This document shows positions 19,201 through 27,536 of a stretch of DNA of 64,000 nt, piece by piece (position 1 is the stretch's first letter; each line of letters opens with the position of its first letter). The translations under genes and the position numbers were made by a program. The stretch comes from Terriglobia bacterium. Lineage in GTDB: Bacteria; Acidobacteriota; Terriglobia; Bryobacterales; Bryobacteraceae. The stretch covers positions 41,334-105,333 of the forward strand of contig CAWJUL010000008.1 of assembly GCA_963846045.1 (NCBI GenBank), given 5' to 3'. The notes beneath the pieces are model-generated. The model was not told where the DNA came from and did not search any database. It saw only the letters and a list, made by a program, of their open reading frames with translations.

Positions 19201-19857
19201 ATGGGCAACTTCCTCAAGCTTCGTAGCGTTCGCATCTTAACTCTTGTTCTGCTTGCGCAGGCATCTCTCTTCTATGGTTTCTCGCGCCGCGAGAATGTTC
19301 CGTTCCACAAGCCGCTAGCCAATTTCTCGCTCGACAAGACCAGTTGGGGACTCATGCAGGATGTGCAGCTTGACAAGGAAACGCTGGACATCCTCAAAGC
19401 CGATGACATCATGTCGCGCGTCTATGCGAATCGCAGTACGGGTCAGATAGCTACTCTATTTGTCGCGTTTTTCGATACGCAACGAACAGGCAAGGCGCCT
19501 CATTCGCCGAAGAACTGCCTGCCGGGCAGCGGCTGGTCGCCTTCGCAATCCGGAACCGTAAATATAGATATCCCCGGCCGGGCAGACCCGATACACGTGA
19601 ACCGCTACATCGTTGCGCGCGGTGAAAATCAGAGTGTGGTTCTCTACTGGTATCAGAGCCGCGATCGCGTGATCGCGAGTGAATACAGCGCGAAGATCTA
19701 CACAGTGCTCGATTCTATTCGTTATCACCGCAGCGACACCGCGCTTGTCCGCGTGGTCGTCAACGTGGAGGACGGCAACGTTGCGAAAGCTGTGAACACG
19801 GCTGAATCATTCGTCCAGACGTTTTTTGAGCCATTGAAGAATTGGCTGCCGGCATAG
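19201..19857 (+). CDS. exosortase-associated EpsI family protein
   Basis: N-terminal TM segment plus GKAPHSPKNCLPGSGW and VLYWYQS. It lies 5 nt after the exosortase. Confidence 0.75.
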   Translation: MGNFLKLRSVRILTLVLLAQASLFYGFSRRENVPFHKPLANFSLDKTSWGLMQDVQLDKETLDILKADDIMSRVYANRSTGQIATLFVAFFDTQRTGKAPHSPKNCLPGSGWSPSQSGTVNIDIPGRADPIHVNRYIVARGENQSVVLYWYQSRDRVIASEYSAKIYTVLDSIRYHRSDTALVRVVVNVEDGNVAKAVNTAESFVQTFFEPLKNWLPA

Positions 19858-19861
19858 CCTG

Positions 19862-20344
19862 ATGGCGTTGCTCAGGTCGCTTGTTTGTTGCATACTGCTC
19901 GGCGGCGCTGCCGCTGCACAGAGCGGAAGCTTCGATGTCAGCGTAGAAGGCCATCCTGCGATGACTTTCACATCCGAGCAACTTTCTAAACTCCCCCATC
20001 ACTCTGTCCAAGTGAACGAGCACGGTAAGACCGTCAGCTATGACGGCGTCTTGATGCACGATGTGCTTTCGCAGGCGGGCGCGCCGCTCGACGCAAAGCT
20101 GAAAGGACCGGCGCTGTCTTGCTATGTGCTTGCAACCGCCAAAGACGGGTACCAGGTTGTCTACTCACTCGCCGAGTTCGATCCAGCGTTTACCGATGCC
20201 CAAGTGCTGATTGCCGATAAAGCCGATGGCCAGCCGCTCCCGGCCACGCAAGGTCCCTGGAGAATCGTCGTTCCCCAAGATAAAAAGCCGGCGCGGTCGC
20301 TTCGCATGTTGCAGAGCATTCAAGTGGTCCAGTTACGGAAGTAG
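19862..20344 (+). CDS. small secreted molybdopterin-binding-oxidoreductase-like domain protein
   Basis: Signal peptide. YVLATAKDGYQVVYSLAEFDPAFTD..VLIADKADGQPL...GPWRIVVPQDKKPARSLRML resembles the stand-alone ~160-aa sulfite-oxidase-like fold family. Confidence 0.5.
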   Translation: MALLRSLVCCILLGGAAAAQSGSFDVSVEGHPAMTFTSEQLSKLPHHSVQVNEHGKTVSYDGVLMHDVLSQAGAPLDAKLKGPALSCYVLATAKDGYQVVYSLAEFDPAFTDAQVLIADKADGQPLPATQGPWRIVVPQDKKPARSLRMLQSIQVVQLRK

Positions 20345-20384
20345 CCGCAATCTCCTAAAAGCCCATCGAATTAAACTGGTATTG

Positions 20385-21312
20385 GTGCCAGCGATAGCCG
20401 ATCTCGCGATTCAGTCTCATCTGCTCTCGTCGATCGGCAGGACTCCCCTGCTCGAAATTCACTCAGCCCGGCGCGGCAATGTCTCTGTATCCGCGAAGGC
20501 CGAATTCTTGAATCCCGGCGGTTCGGTGAAAGATCGCCCCGCACTGAACATGATCCTGGACGGCGAACAAACGGGTCAGCTCAGGCATTCAAAGATCCTT
20601 CTCGATTCCACTAGCGGCAATACAGGCATCGCCTATGCAATGATTTGTGCCTCCAAAGGCTATCGCGTGAAACTCTGCGTCCCGGCAAATGCTTCCGCCG
20701 AACGCATTCAGATTCTCAAGGCGTATGGCGCCGATCTGGTCCTTACAGATGCGGCGGAGGGGTCCGACGGTGCTCTGCGCGTGTGCCGTGAGATTTACAG
20801 CAGCTCGCCCGACGAGTATTTCTATCCGGATCAGTACAGCAACCCGGCGAACTGGCGCGCGCATTTTGAGACCACGGGACCTGAGATCGTCCAGCAGACG
20901 GCGGCGCAATCACTCACTTCATCGCTGCGATCGGCACGGCGGGTACCTTTGTCGGCGTAGCTCGTTATCTGCGCCGGGAAATCGCGCGCGTGCAATGCAT
21001 CACCGTGCAGCCTGCTACTCCGCTTCATGGTCTCGAAGGTACGCGCCATCTCCCACTGCATTTGTTCCGCCCATCTACGACCCCACTCTGGCGAACGGCA
21101 ATGTCTGGATCGAAACCGAAGACGCGTACGCAACCGCCCGCCAGTTAGCTCGCGACGAGGGTCTGCTCGTCGGTGTTTCGGCCGCGGCTAATGTTTTGGC
21201 CGCTACACGTATAGCCGAAACTCTGTCCAGAGAAGGGAAGCATGCCACGCTGGTTACCATCCTGTGCGATGGCGGCCAAAAGTATCTGAGCGAAAGCTTC
21301 TGGACGCGATAA
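20385..21312 (+). pseudogene. cysM: cysteine synthase, CysM/CysK PLP-dependent family; reading frame broken twice (possible sequencing artefact)
   Basis: The conserved sequence continues through three frames: ..FLNPGGSVKDRPA..DSTSGNTGIA..TGPEIVQQT | (G)AITHFIAAIGTAGTFVGVARYL..LHGLEGTRHLP | TAFVPPIYDP..LLVGVSAAAN..ILCDGGQKYLS. The breaks are at about 20900 (G run) and 21052-21054 (C run). Confidence 0.8.
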
Positions 21313-21318
21313 TTCCGC

Positions 21319-21744
21319 ATGATTGAGATCGATTTGAACCCATGGCAGACCATGATCCTTCACGCCGAACGCACTTATCCAAAGGAGTGCTGTGGAGCGA
21401 TGCTCGGACATATCCGCGGCGATCGAAAGCTCGTGATGGATGCTCTGCCGATTGAGAACTCGTTTACAGGTGAGCAGAACGCCCGCTACGAACTGCGGCC
21501 CGAAGATCTGCTCGAAGCCGATCGTGCTGCGCGCGCCCGAGGACTGGATCTGATCGGCATTTTCCATTCGCACCCGGACTGCGACGCTTATTTCTCCGAA
21601 ACAGACCTGAAGAATTCCTGCCCTTGGTACTCGTTTGTTGTATTTTCTATTTACAACGGCGTCTTCGATCACGCGAAGAGCTTCCTGCCCGATCCCGATC
21701 GGACCAAGGCAGACGACGAGGAGTTGATATGGCCAAAATCGTAA
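21319..21744 (+). CDS. mec: JAMM/MPN+ metalloprotease (Mec+-like)
   Basis: The ECCG glutamate region and the JAMM motif FHSHPDCDAYFSETD. Confidence 0.85.
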   Translation: MIEIDLNPWQTMILHAERTYPKECCGAMLGHIRGDRKLVMDALPIENSFTGEQNARYELRPEDLLEADRAARARGLDLIGIFHSHPDCDAYFSETDLKNSCPWYSFVVFSIYNGVFDHAKSFLPDPDRTKADDEELIWPKS

Positions 21745-23174
21745 TTCCAACCGCTCTCCGCCAGTTCACAGACCAGAATGATTCGATCGAAGTGACCGGC
21801 GGCACTGTCGCCGAAGCATTGAACCACCTGACTGCGCAATACCCGAACATCAAGAAGAATCTATACAACGACCAGGGCAAACTGCGCAGCTTTGTAAATG
21901 TCTACGTCAACGACGAAGATATTCGATATCTGGACAAAGAAGATACGCAATTGGAAGGTCCCGAGACCATCTCGATTGTTCCCAGCATCGCGGGTGGCGC
22001 AACGTCGTGCGCCGAACCCGAAACCGCCTCGCTCTCGAATGAGGAGATCTCTCGCTACAGCCGGCATCTCATCTTGCCGGAGGTCGGCGTCCAGGGGCAA
22101 CTCAAGCTGAAGCAGTCGAAGGTGCTGCTGGTCGGTGCAGGCGGCTTGGGCGCTCCGCTCGGCCTGTATCTGGCCGCCGCTGGTATCGGTCGAGTCGGTC
22201 TCGTTGATTTCGATGTTGTCGACGCCTCCAATTTACAGCGCCAGGTTATCCACGGGACATCCGACATCGGCCGCAAGAAAATCGATTCCGCCGCCGATCG
22301 GATGCTGGAGATAAATCCCAACCTCCGCGTCGAAAAGTTCGATGCCGGTCTGACAAGTGAAAATGCTCTCGCCATCCTGAAGGACTACGACATCGTTGTC
22401 GACGGCACCGATAATTTCCCGACGCGCTATCTCGTCAACGATGCCTGCGTGTTGCTGAAAAAGCCTAATGTGTACGGCTCCATCTTCCGCTTCGAGGGCC
22501 AGGCGACAGTGTTCGCGTACGAAGACGGCCCCTGTTACCGGTGCCTCTATCCGGAACCGCCTCCGCCCGGCCTTGTCCCGAGTTGTGCCGAAGGTGGAGT
22601 GCTCGGAATTCTTCCCGGTCTGATTGGCCTCATTCAGGCCACCGAGGCGGTTAAGATTCTGCTCGGAATCGGCACGACTCTGAAGAATCGCCTGTTGCTG
22701 TACGATGCGCTCAATATGAACTTTCGAGAGCTTAGGCTTCGCAAAGACGCGAACTGCCCGGTTTGCGGCGATCACCCGACGGTCACGAAGCTTATCGATT
22801 ACCAGGAATTCTGCGGCATCAGACCGCCGCAAGCATCCGGAGGAAGCACTGTGACGGAAGGCGTCATTGAACCGACCGAAGTCAAACAGAAACTCGACCG
22901 AGGTGACAACTTCACGCTCATCGATGTTCGGGAGCCGCACGAATATCAGATCGCGCGCATTGCCGGCGCCAAGCTCATCCCGTTAAGTGAAATACCCAAG
23001 CGGCTGGTGGAGCTCGACCCGAACGCGGAATACGTCATGCATTGCAAGATGGGTGGCCGTAGCCAACAAGCGGTCGATCTCATGAAGCAGAACGGATTCA
23101 AGAACGTCCGCAACATGACGGGCGGCATCAACGCGTGGAGCGAAAAGGTGGATCCGACTGTTCCCAAGTACTAG
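21729..23174 (+). CDS. moeZ: fusion protein: CysO/MoaD-like sulfur carrier (90 aa, ends in GG) + MoeZ/MoeB-type adenylyltransferase (E1) + rhodanese
   Basis: MAKIVIPT...FVNVYVNDEDIRY...IVPSIAGG is followed in frame by the linker ATSCAEPETAS. Then come RYSRHLILPEVG, VGAGGLGAP, CYRC and CPVC zinc pairs, and the rhodanese active site HCKMGGRS. The ATG at 21729 overlaps the end of the JAMM gene. Confidence 0.85.
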   Translation: MAKIVIPTALRQFTDQNDSIEVTGGTVAEALNHLTAQYPNIKKNLYNDQGKLRSFVNVYVNDEDIRYLDKEDTQLEGPETISIVPSIAGGATSCAEPETASLSNEEISRYSRHLILPEVGVQGQLKLKQSKVLLVGAGGLGAPLGLYLAAAGIGRVGLVDFDVVDASNLQRQVIHGTSDIGRKKIDSAADRMLEINPNLRVEKFDAGLTSENALAILKDYDIVVDGTDNFPTRYLVNDACVLLKKPNVYGSIFRFEGQATVFAYEDGPCYRCLYPEPPPPGLVPSCAEGGVLGILPGLIGLIQATEAVKILLGIGTTLKNRLLLYDALNMNFRELRLRKDANCPVCGDHPTVTKLIDYQEFCGIRPPQASGGSTVTEGVIEPTEVKQKLDRGDNFTLIDVREPHEYQIARIAGAKLIPLSEIPKRLVELDPNAEYVMHCKMGGRSQQAVDLMKQNGFKNVRNMTGGINAWSEKVDPTVPKY

Positions 23175-23956
23175 GGCAGTGATCGCGCAAAGTGATTTAG
23201 CGGCCCGTGCCCCTGTCCTAAACCCGGCGCCGTTTCTATCGCGCGCTGTACGAATCGCTTAGCTTCGGCGACGGCGTCTTCTAGCGTCCTACCAAGCGCC
23301 AATCCGGCGGTAATCGCAGCCGAGTACGTACAGCCCGTCCCGTGTGTATGCATGGTTTCAACTCTCGCACCAGCGAAGCGCGCGATACCCCTGTGGCTGT
23401 ATAGAACGTCCGTGGGTGGTCCGCTCAGATGTCCGCCCTTCACCAGCACTGCCTTACACCCCGAGTTCATCAACGCTTCCGCAGCCCACTCCATATCGGT
23501 TTCATCGTTGATGGAGAGTCCGGTGAGCGCCTCAGCCTCGGGAACATTCGGGGTCACAAGTGTCGCCAGCGGCATCAGCTCGTTTTTTAGCGCGACTTCC
23601 GCTTCCGCCGACAGCAAGCGCGCTCCATGTTTGCTCACCATCACGGGATCTACAACCAGCGCGAAGTCGAACGATTTCGCCGCTGCCGCTACGGCTTCTA
23701 CTACCGCGAGATTGCCGAGCGAGCCCGTCTTGGCCGCTTGGGGAGGCACGTCGGAAATCACCGCTTCAATCTGCTGAAGAACGAGATCGGGCGGCAGGAC
23801 CTCCACTCGCGCTACAACTTGCGTATTCTGAACTGTGATGAGCGTGATCACCGCCTCGCCATAAACCCCGAAGCTGTGAAACGTCTTGAGATCGGCCTGA
23901 AGGCCGGCCCCGCCGCTTGGATCGGAACCCGCAATGGTCAGGGCTACGGCGGACAT
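23171..23956 (-). CDS. thiD: hydroxymethylpyrimidine/phosphomethylpyrimidine kinase
   Basis: ALTIAGSDPSGGAGLQADLKTF, KGGH and HGTGCT motifs. Confidence 0.9.
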   Translation of the reverse strand: MSAVALTIAGSDPSGGAGLQADLKTFHSFGVYGEAVITLITVQNTQVVARVEVLPPDLVLQQIEAVISDVPPQAAKTGSLGNLAVVEAVAAAAKSFDFALVVDPVMVSKHGARLLSAEAEVALKNELMPLATLVTPNVPEAEALTGLSINDETDMEWAAEALMNSGCKAVLVKGGHLSGPPTDVLYSHRGIARFAGARVETMHTHGTGCTYSAAITAGLALGRTLEDAVAEAKRFVQRAIETAPGLGQGHGPLNHFARSLP

Positions 23957-23986
23957 GCTCCAACCGTAGCGCAGGACCGCGGGGCA

Positions 23987-25807
23987 TTACGGGAACGTCT
24001 GAGTAGATGAAGTCTGGCCGACCGAGTTTCCCACCGTTACAGCTACTGAGCCTACCTGGGTTGGATCACCCGAGGTCGGGAAACTGGCCTGCACCGAAAA
24101 CGCCCCGCCCATCTGGGTCTCGCCGAAGAAATAGGTGTGAAACGCGGGCGTGGCGTTGACTGAAATGGCCGTCGGCGTCAGTACTCTCCCCGTGGTGTCG
24201 TAAAACGTAAACGATAGTGCCCCAGCGCTGTAGGTATTGTCGTAGCCTGTCAACGTGACCACCAGATTCGGCGCTTGAATGACCGCCGTCCCCGATGTGA
24301 TCTGCACCTGCGTCGGCGTAATGGTGTATGTCTGGGTCACTGGCGCCTGGTTGGGGAACTGCAATGTGAACGTGATTGTGCCGGCCGTGGTTCCGGTCTG
24401 AAAGGTGATTGCAGACTGCCCGTTGTAAGCCGCCACTTCCGCGCCACTGTTAACCGTAACCTGCAACTGCCGGCCGGTGGGCGACACGAACTCAACTGCC
24501 GGGTCATCGTTGATATTCGCGACAGACGGCGTGAACTGCATCGTGAGGGTGCCGATCTCGGCTGTAGGCGCTGCACTGGCTAGTTGAACCGTTACGTGTG
24601 CCTGCTTCTGGCTCATTAATGGCTGTTGATCGATGGTGATGGACGGCGTCGGGAAAGATGAGGCAATACTCTCCCCCTGCACGCTGAACGTTCTGCTTCC
24701 AATAGCCAGCGTTCCCGTATACGTTCCGGTGCCCGTGGGAGTAAACACCAGCTTGAATGTCGCCGACGCACCCGGCTGGATGCTTAATGGAGCCGGATTT
24801 GTACCTGAGACCGCGAATCCTACGCCTGTAACCGTTATGTTCGGCACGGTGACGGGGCCGATCGTGGTTGCCGGATTGTTGACCGTGAATAGTAAAGTCG
24901 GATTCGCTCCGACGCCAGTGATTGTGGATCCGAAATCGATGGGCGTTGCGGGTTGCGCCGAGAGGTTCACGCCCGTGCTGTTTGTGTAAGTGATCGTCAG
25001 CGAACTAATGTCACCAACGACGCTGGCCGTACCCGCTCCTTGTAAGAGGAAATCGCTCGACCCCACCTGCATAGTCACTTGTTGGACGTTTGTGTTGCCC
25101 GGCTGGAATGTCACGGCAAAAGTTCCGGATGCGCCGGCCGCAATCGCCTGCGGCAGGGTGCCCAGCTTGAAGGGCGTACTCGGGTTGTTTGTCGCAGTCA
25201 GCAGCGTCACAATCTGCTGAGGATTGATACTGCTCGCGGTGCCATTGAATAGCGTGAAGGTGATCGCTGTCGATGAGGTAGTCGGCACGTTGCCGAAGTT
25301 GATGGCCGTCAGTATATTGGGTTGCAGCACGTTGCCGTTGCAGAGCGTTGCCGAAGGGGCGATGCAACTCAAGCTCAATTGCGCCGACGTGGCGTTGCCG
25401 CTGATTGTCGAGAAACTTACGATCCTGTTCCCGGTCACTCCGGCCTGAGCCGTTGCTGTCGTGCTTCCCGTCTGCGTTGGAACGTAAAAGATGTGAAAGT
25501 ACTGTGACTGGCCTGGCGCCAAGCTCAGTGCCAGCTCCATGTCGTTTGCGAAATTAGAGTTCTGTATGGCGCCACTGACGAATCCGATGGCCGATACCAG
25601 CACCGGACCGGTTGAGGTGTTTACCACCCGAACCCCGATTACACTGGAACTTCCAACCGGCGTATTCGGAAACGCGTAATTCGCGGGGAAACTTTGTAAT
25701 TGCGAAATCGGGTCTGCGCCTCCCGAATTATCCAGAAAGAAGCTGATAGGCGATGTCTGTGCCCGCGCACCCGCACAGCAAAGAACCAGAAACAAAAACG
25801 TCTTCAC
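23987..25807 (-). CDS. large secreted protein of tandem Ig-like (choice-of-anchor-D / HYDIN-like) domains
   Basis: The track ORF extends to 25867, but the signal peptide (VKTFLFLVLCCAGARAQ) begins at the GTG at 25807. That GTG overlaps the upstream TGA. The sequence is T/S/G/V-rich with repeated beta-sandwich-like segments (..F.N.G...L.I..I...G..F). Confidence 0.55.
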   Translation of the reverse strand: MKTFLFLVLCCAGARAQTSPISFFLDNSGGADPISQLQSFPANYAFPNTPVGSSSVIGVRVVNTSTGPVLVSAIGFVSGAIQNSNFANDMELALSLAPGQSQYFHIFYVPTQTGSTTATAQAGVTGNRIVSFSTISGNATSAQLSLSCIAPSATLCNGNVLQPNILTAINFGNVPTTSSTAITFTLFNGTASSINPQQIVTLLTATNNPSTPFKLGTLPQAIAAGASGTFAVTFQPGNTNVQQVTMQVGSSDFLLQGAGTASVVGDISSLTITYTNSTGVNLSAQPATPIDFGSTITGVGANPTLLFTVNNPATTIGPVTVPNITVTGVGFAVSGTNPAPLSIQPGASATFKLVFTPTGTGTYTGTLAIGSRTFSVQGESIASSFPTPSITIDQQPLMSQKQAHVTVQLASAAPTAEIGTLTMQFTPSVANINDDPAVEFVSPTGRQLQVTVNSGAEVAAYNGQSAITFQTGTTAGTITFTLQFPNQAPVTQTYTITPTQVQITSGTAVIQAPNLVVTLTGYDNTYSAGALSFTFYDTTGRVLTPTAISVNATPAFHTYFFGETQMGGAFSVQASFPTSGDPTQVGSVAVTVGNSVGQTSSTQTFP

Positions 25808-26592
25808 TGCGTCACCTCCGGCGCTTCTGAAACGTGAACCTTGTTCCCAAGCGTCTGCAACGCCCATGTGCGCCGATCCGCCGACCTGATCAACAACCAG
25901 TTCGAGGAAATATGCTCGAAGGTCATTGGCCCCCCGCCGATGGGGGTTGTTTCCACCATGCCGCTTGGCGACAAGACATGCAATCCGCTCTCGTCGGCCA
26001 ATAAGACGATCGATTGCTGCCAGAATGCGCGGCCATGCGCGCCGGGTATCACGGCCAAAGAAAGCAAGTTGCCGGACTGCAAGGAAACGCTTGCGCTGAG
26101 CACCACACCGCGCGCATCTGAAACCAAAAGCTCAGCGGTGTTTGCACTTTTCACCCTCACTGAGTCGATCGACAGGGTCTCATCCAGCCCGGTAACAGAC
26201 GTGAGGACGAAGCTGTTGCCGTTCCAATGCAGCAACGAACGGCTACTCGGCAACCAGGCGATCGCGGAGGTCGCGTCCCCATCTACATTCAGCAGAGGCT
26301 TGGTCTCGCCGGTAGAATAGCCGGCAATGACCGATAGATCGGTTCTTACCAAGTCGATTCGGCCGTTCTCGCTCACTAACCCGGCCTTATCGGAGAAGCT
26401 GGCCGCATCGAACGATCCCAGGCTCTTTGAATCGAAGATCAAGTCGTCCGGCAAGCCGTAGACTGTTCTTACGCTGCCATCCGCGAGCCTGGCAACGCCT
26501 ATAACCGGAGCTTTGATTTGACCCCAAGCCTGCGCCGCCACAAAAAGACTCAACGCGGAACAACCGATCGCGAACAGCAATCCGTTTTTCAC
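25804..26592 (-). CDS. secreted hypothetical protein (all-beta, possibly propeller-like)
   Basis: Clear signal peptide (LLFAIGCSALSLFVAAQAWG). No recognisable motif. It is part of the PP2C operon. Confidence 0.5.
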   Translation of the reverse strand: MKNGLLFAIGCSALSLFVAAQAWGQIKAPVIGVARLADGSVRTVYGLPDDLIFDSKSLGSFDAASFSDKAGLVSENGRIDLVRTDLSVIAGYSTGETKPLLNVDGDATSAIAWLPSSRSLLHWNGNSFVLTSVTGLDETLSIDSVRVKSANTAELLVSDARGVVLSASVSLQSGNLLSLAVIPGAHGRAFWQQSIVLLADESGLHVLSPSGMVETTPIGGGPMTFEHISSNWLLIRSADRRTWALQTLGNKVHVSEAPEVTQ

Positions 26593-26613
26593 AATGCGCC
26601 TCCGATTCCGGAA

Positions 26614-27483
26614 TTAATGACCAGATCCCACGCTGACGATGGGAGTTCCAATTGAAAGAGCCGAGGAGCTGCTTGAACTGGAGCTTGAGCCGCCTTTGCC
26701 TTTCATGGCAAACGCGCCGCCCGCGCCCGCGGCTGCAATCACAACCGCCAGCACAATCCACTTTGTGTGACTTCCCGTATGCGGCGCATCCGACGCGGAG
26801 GTGTGCGTTACGGAAACGGTCGAGTCTGCCGACGCGGAGGTGAGTCCGTTCGAAGCAGGCGTGACCGGCGAGTTCTGCTTCGCCAATGTTCCCGGCTGTG
26901 CTTTCGGTTTCGTGACAGACACGCTCGGCTCACTGACAACGGGCGCAGCCGCAATGGTCTGGGGCTGAAGCTGCACTGGCGGCGTAATCGTTACTGGAGG
27001 TGCAACAACCGCCGCGGCCGGCGTACTGGGCTGCCCTGGAACCGTTAAGCTGGTCTCCAACAGGATTCCCGTATGCGCCGTCCCTTTGGTAGCCGTTAGC
27101 CGTAGTGGGACAGAACCCGGCACACCGCCCCACTGGATCGGCTCCAGGTTGGCTCTTCCGGTTGGGTCCGTGTACGTGACAGTGGCATGGCTGCCGTCAC
27201 CGAACTGCCCCGTTGCGCCGCTGTCGGGCAAGCGGCACGTTACAGCAGCATTCGACACCGCCGCTCCCGACGAATCCGTCACCATTACCGTCACTGTTTG
27301 TTTCGTATTTGCACCGGCCGCCTTCAGCGCGTCCGGATTGAAAACACGAATCTCAAGCGCGTCCGGCTGCGCGCTGCTGCCTCTAAGTGCAGTCACATCC
27401 TGTGATTGCGCCCACAAGGGCGTCATTACGAGCAGCGGAGTTAAAACAACGGAAATGATGGATGAAAAGGGAACTGCTTTCAT
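26614..27483 (-). CDS. membrane-anchored surface protein: signal peptide, Ig-like domain, Pro/Thr-rich stalk, C-terminal TM helix and poly-Ser tail
   Basis: MKAVPF..LWAQS signal. A beta-sandwich-like region (VTVMVTDSSGAAVSNAAVTCRL..ATVTYTDPTGRANL). A P/T/V-rich linker, the TM helix WIVLAVVIAAAGAGGAFAM and then KGKGGSSSSSSSSS. Confidence 0.55.
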   Translation of the reverse strand: MKAVPFSSIISVVLTPLLVMTPLWAQSQDVTALRGSSAQPDALEIRVFNPDALKAAGANTKQTVTVMVTDSSGAAVSNAAVTCRLPDSGATGQFGDGSHATVTYTDPTGRANLEPIQWGGVPGSVPLRLTATKGTAHTGILLETSLTVPGQPSTPAAAVVAPPVTITPPVQLQPQTIAAAPVVSEPSVSVTKPKAQPGTLAKQNSPVTPASNGLTSASADSTVSVTHTSASDAPHTGSHTKWIVLAVVIAAAGAGGAFAMKGKGGSSSSSSSSSALSIGTPIVSVGSGH

Positions 27484-27536
27484 ACGGCCTCTCTAATCCG
27501 GCCGGGTCACCGGCCAGGCTAATCGCCGCGGAAAGC

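Noticed and set aside
18317-20344. PEP-CTERM substrate expected next to the exosortase.
   Set aside because: None of the ORF C-termini in the window shows the PEP + TM + Arg-rich signature.
21319-23174. JAMM protease + ubiquitin-like protein + E1 considered as a bacterial ubiquitin-like conjugation/defence system (Bil- or CBASS-associated type).
   Set aside because: No E2-like gene is present. The E1 carries a rhodanese domain. The Ubl closely resembles CysO, and a cysteine synthase gene is adjacent. This fits sulfur-carrier chemistry rather than protein conjugation.
23957-23986. TPP riboswitch upstream of thiD.
   Set aside because: Only 30 nt separate thiD from the preceding gene, and no TPP-riboswitch core (CUGAGA...ACCUGA) is present.
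26640-26680. Poly-serine coding stretch considered as a slippage-prone simple sequence repeat (phase variation).
   Set aside because: The nine Ser residues use mixed codons (agc/tca/agt/tcc-type), so there is no uniform nucleotide repeat to slip.
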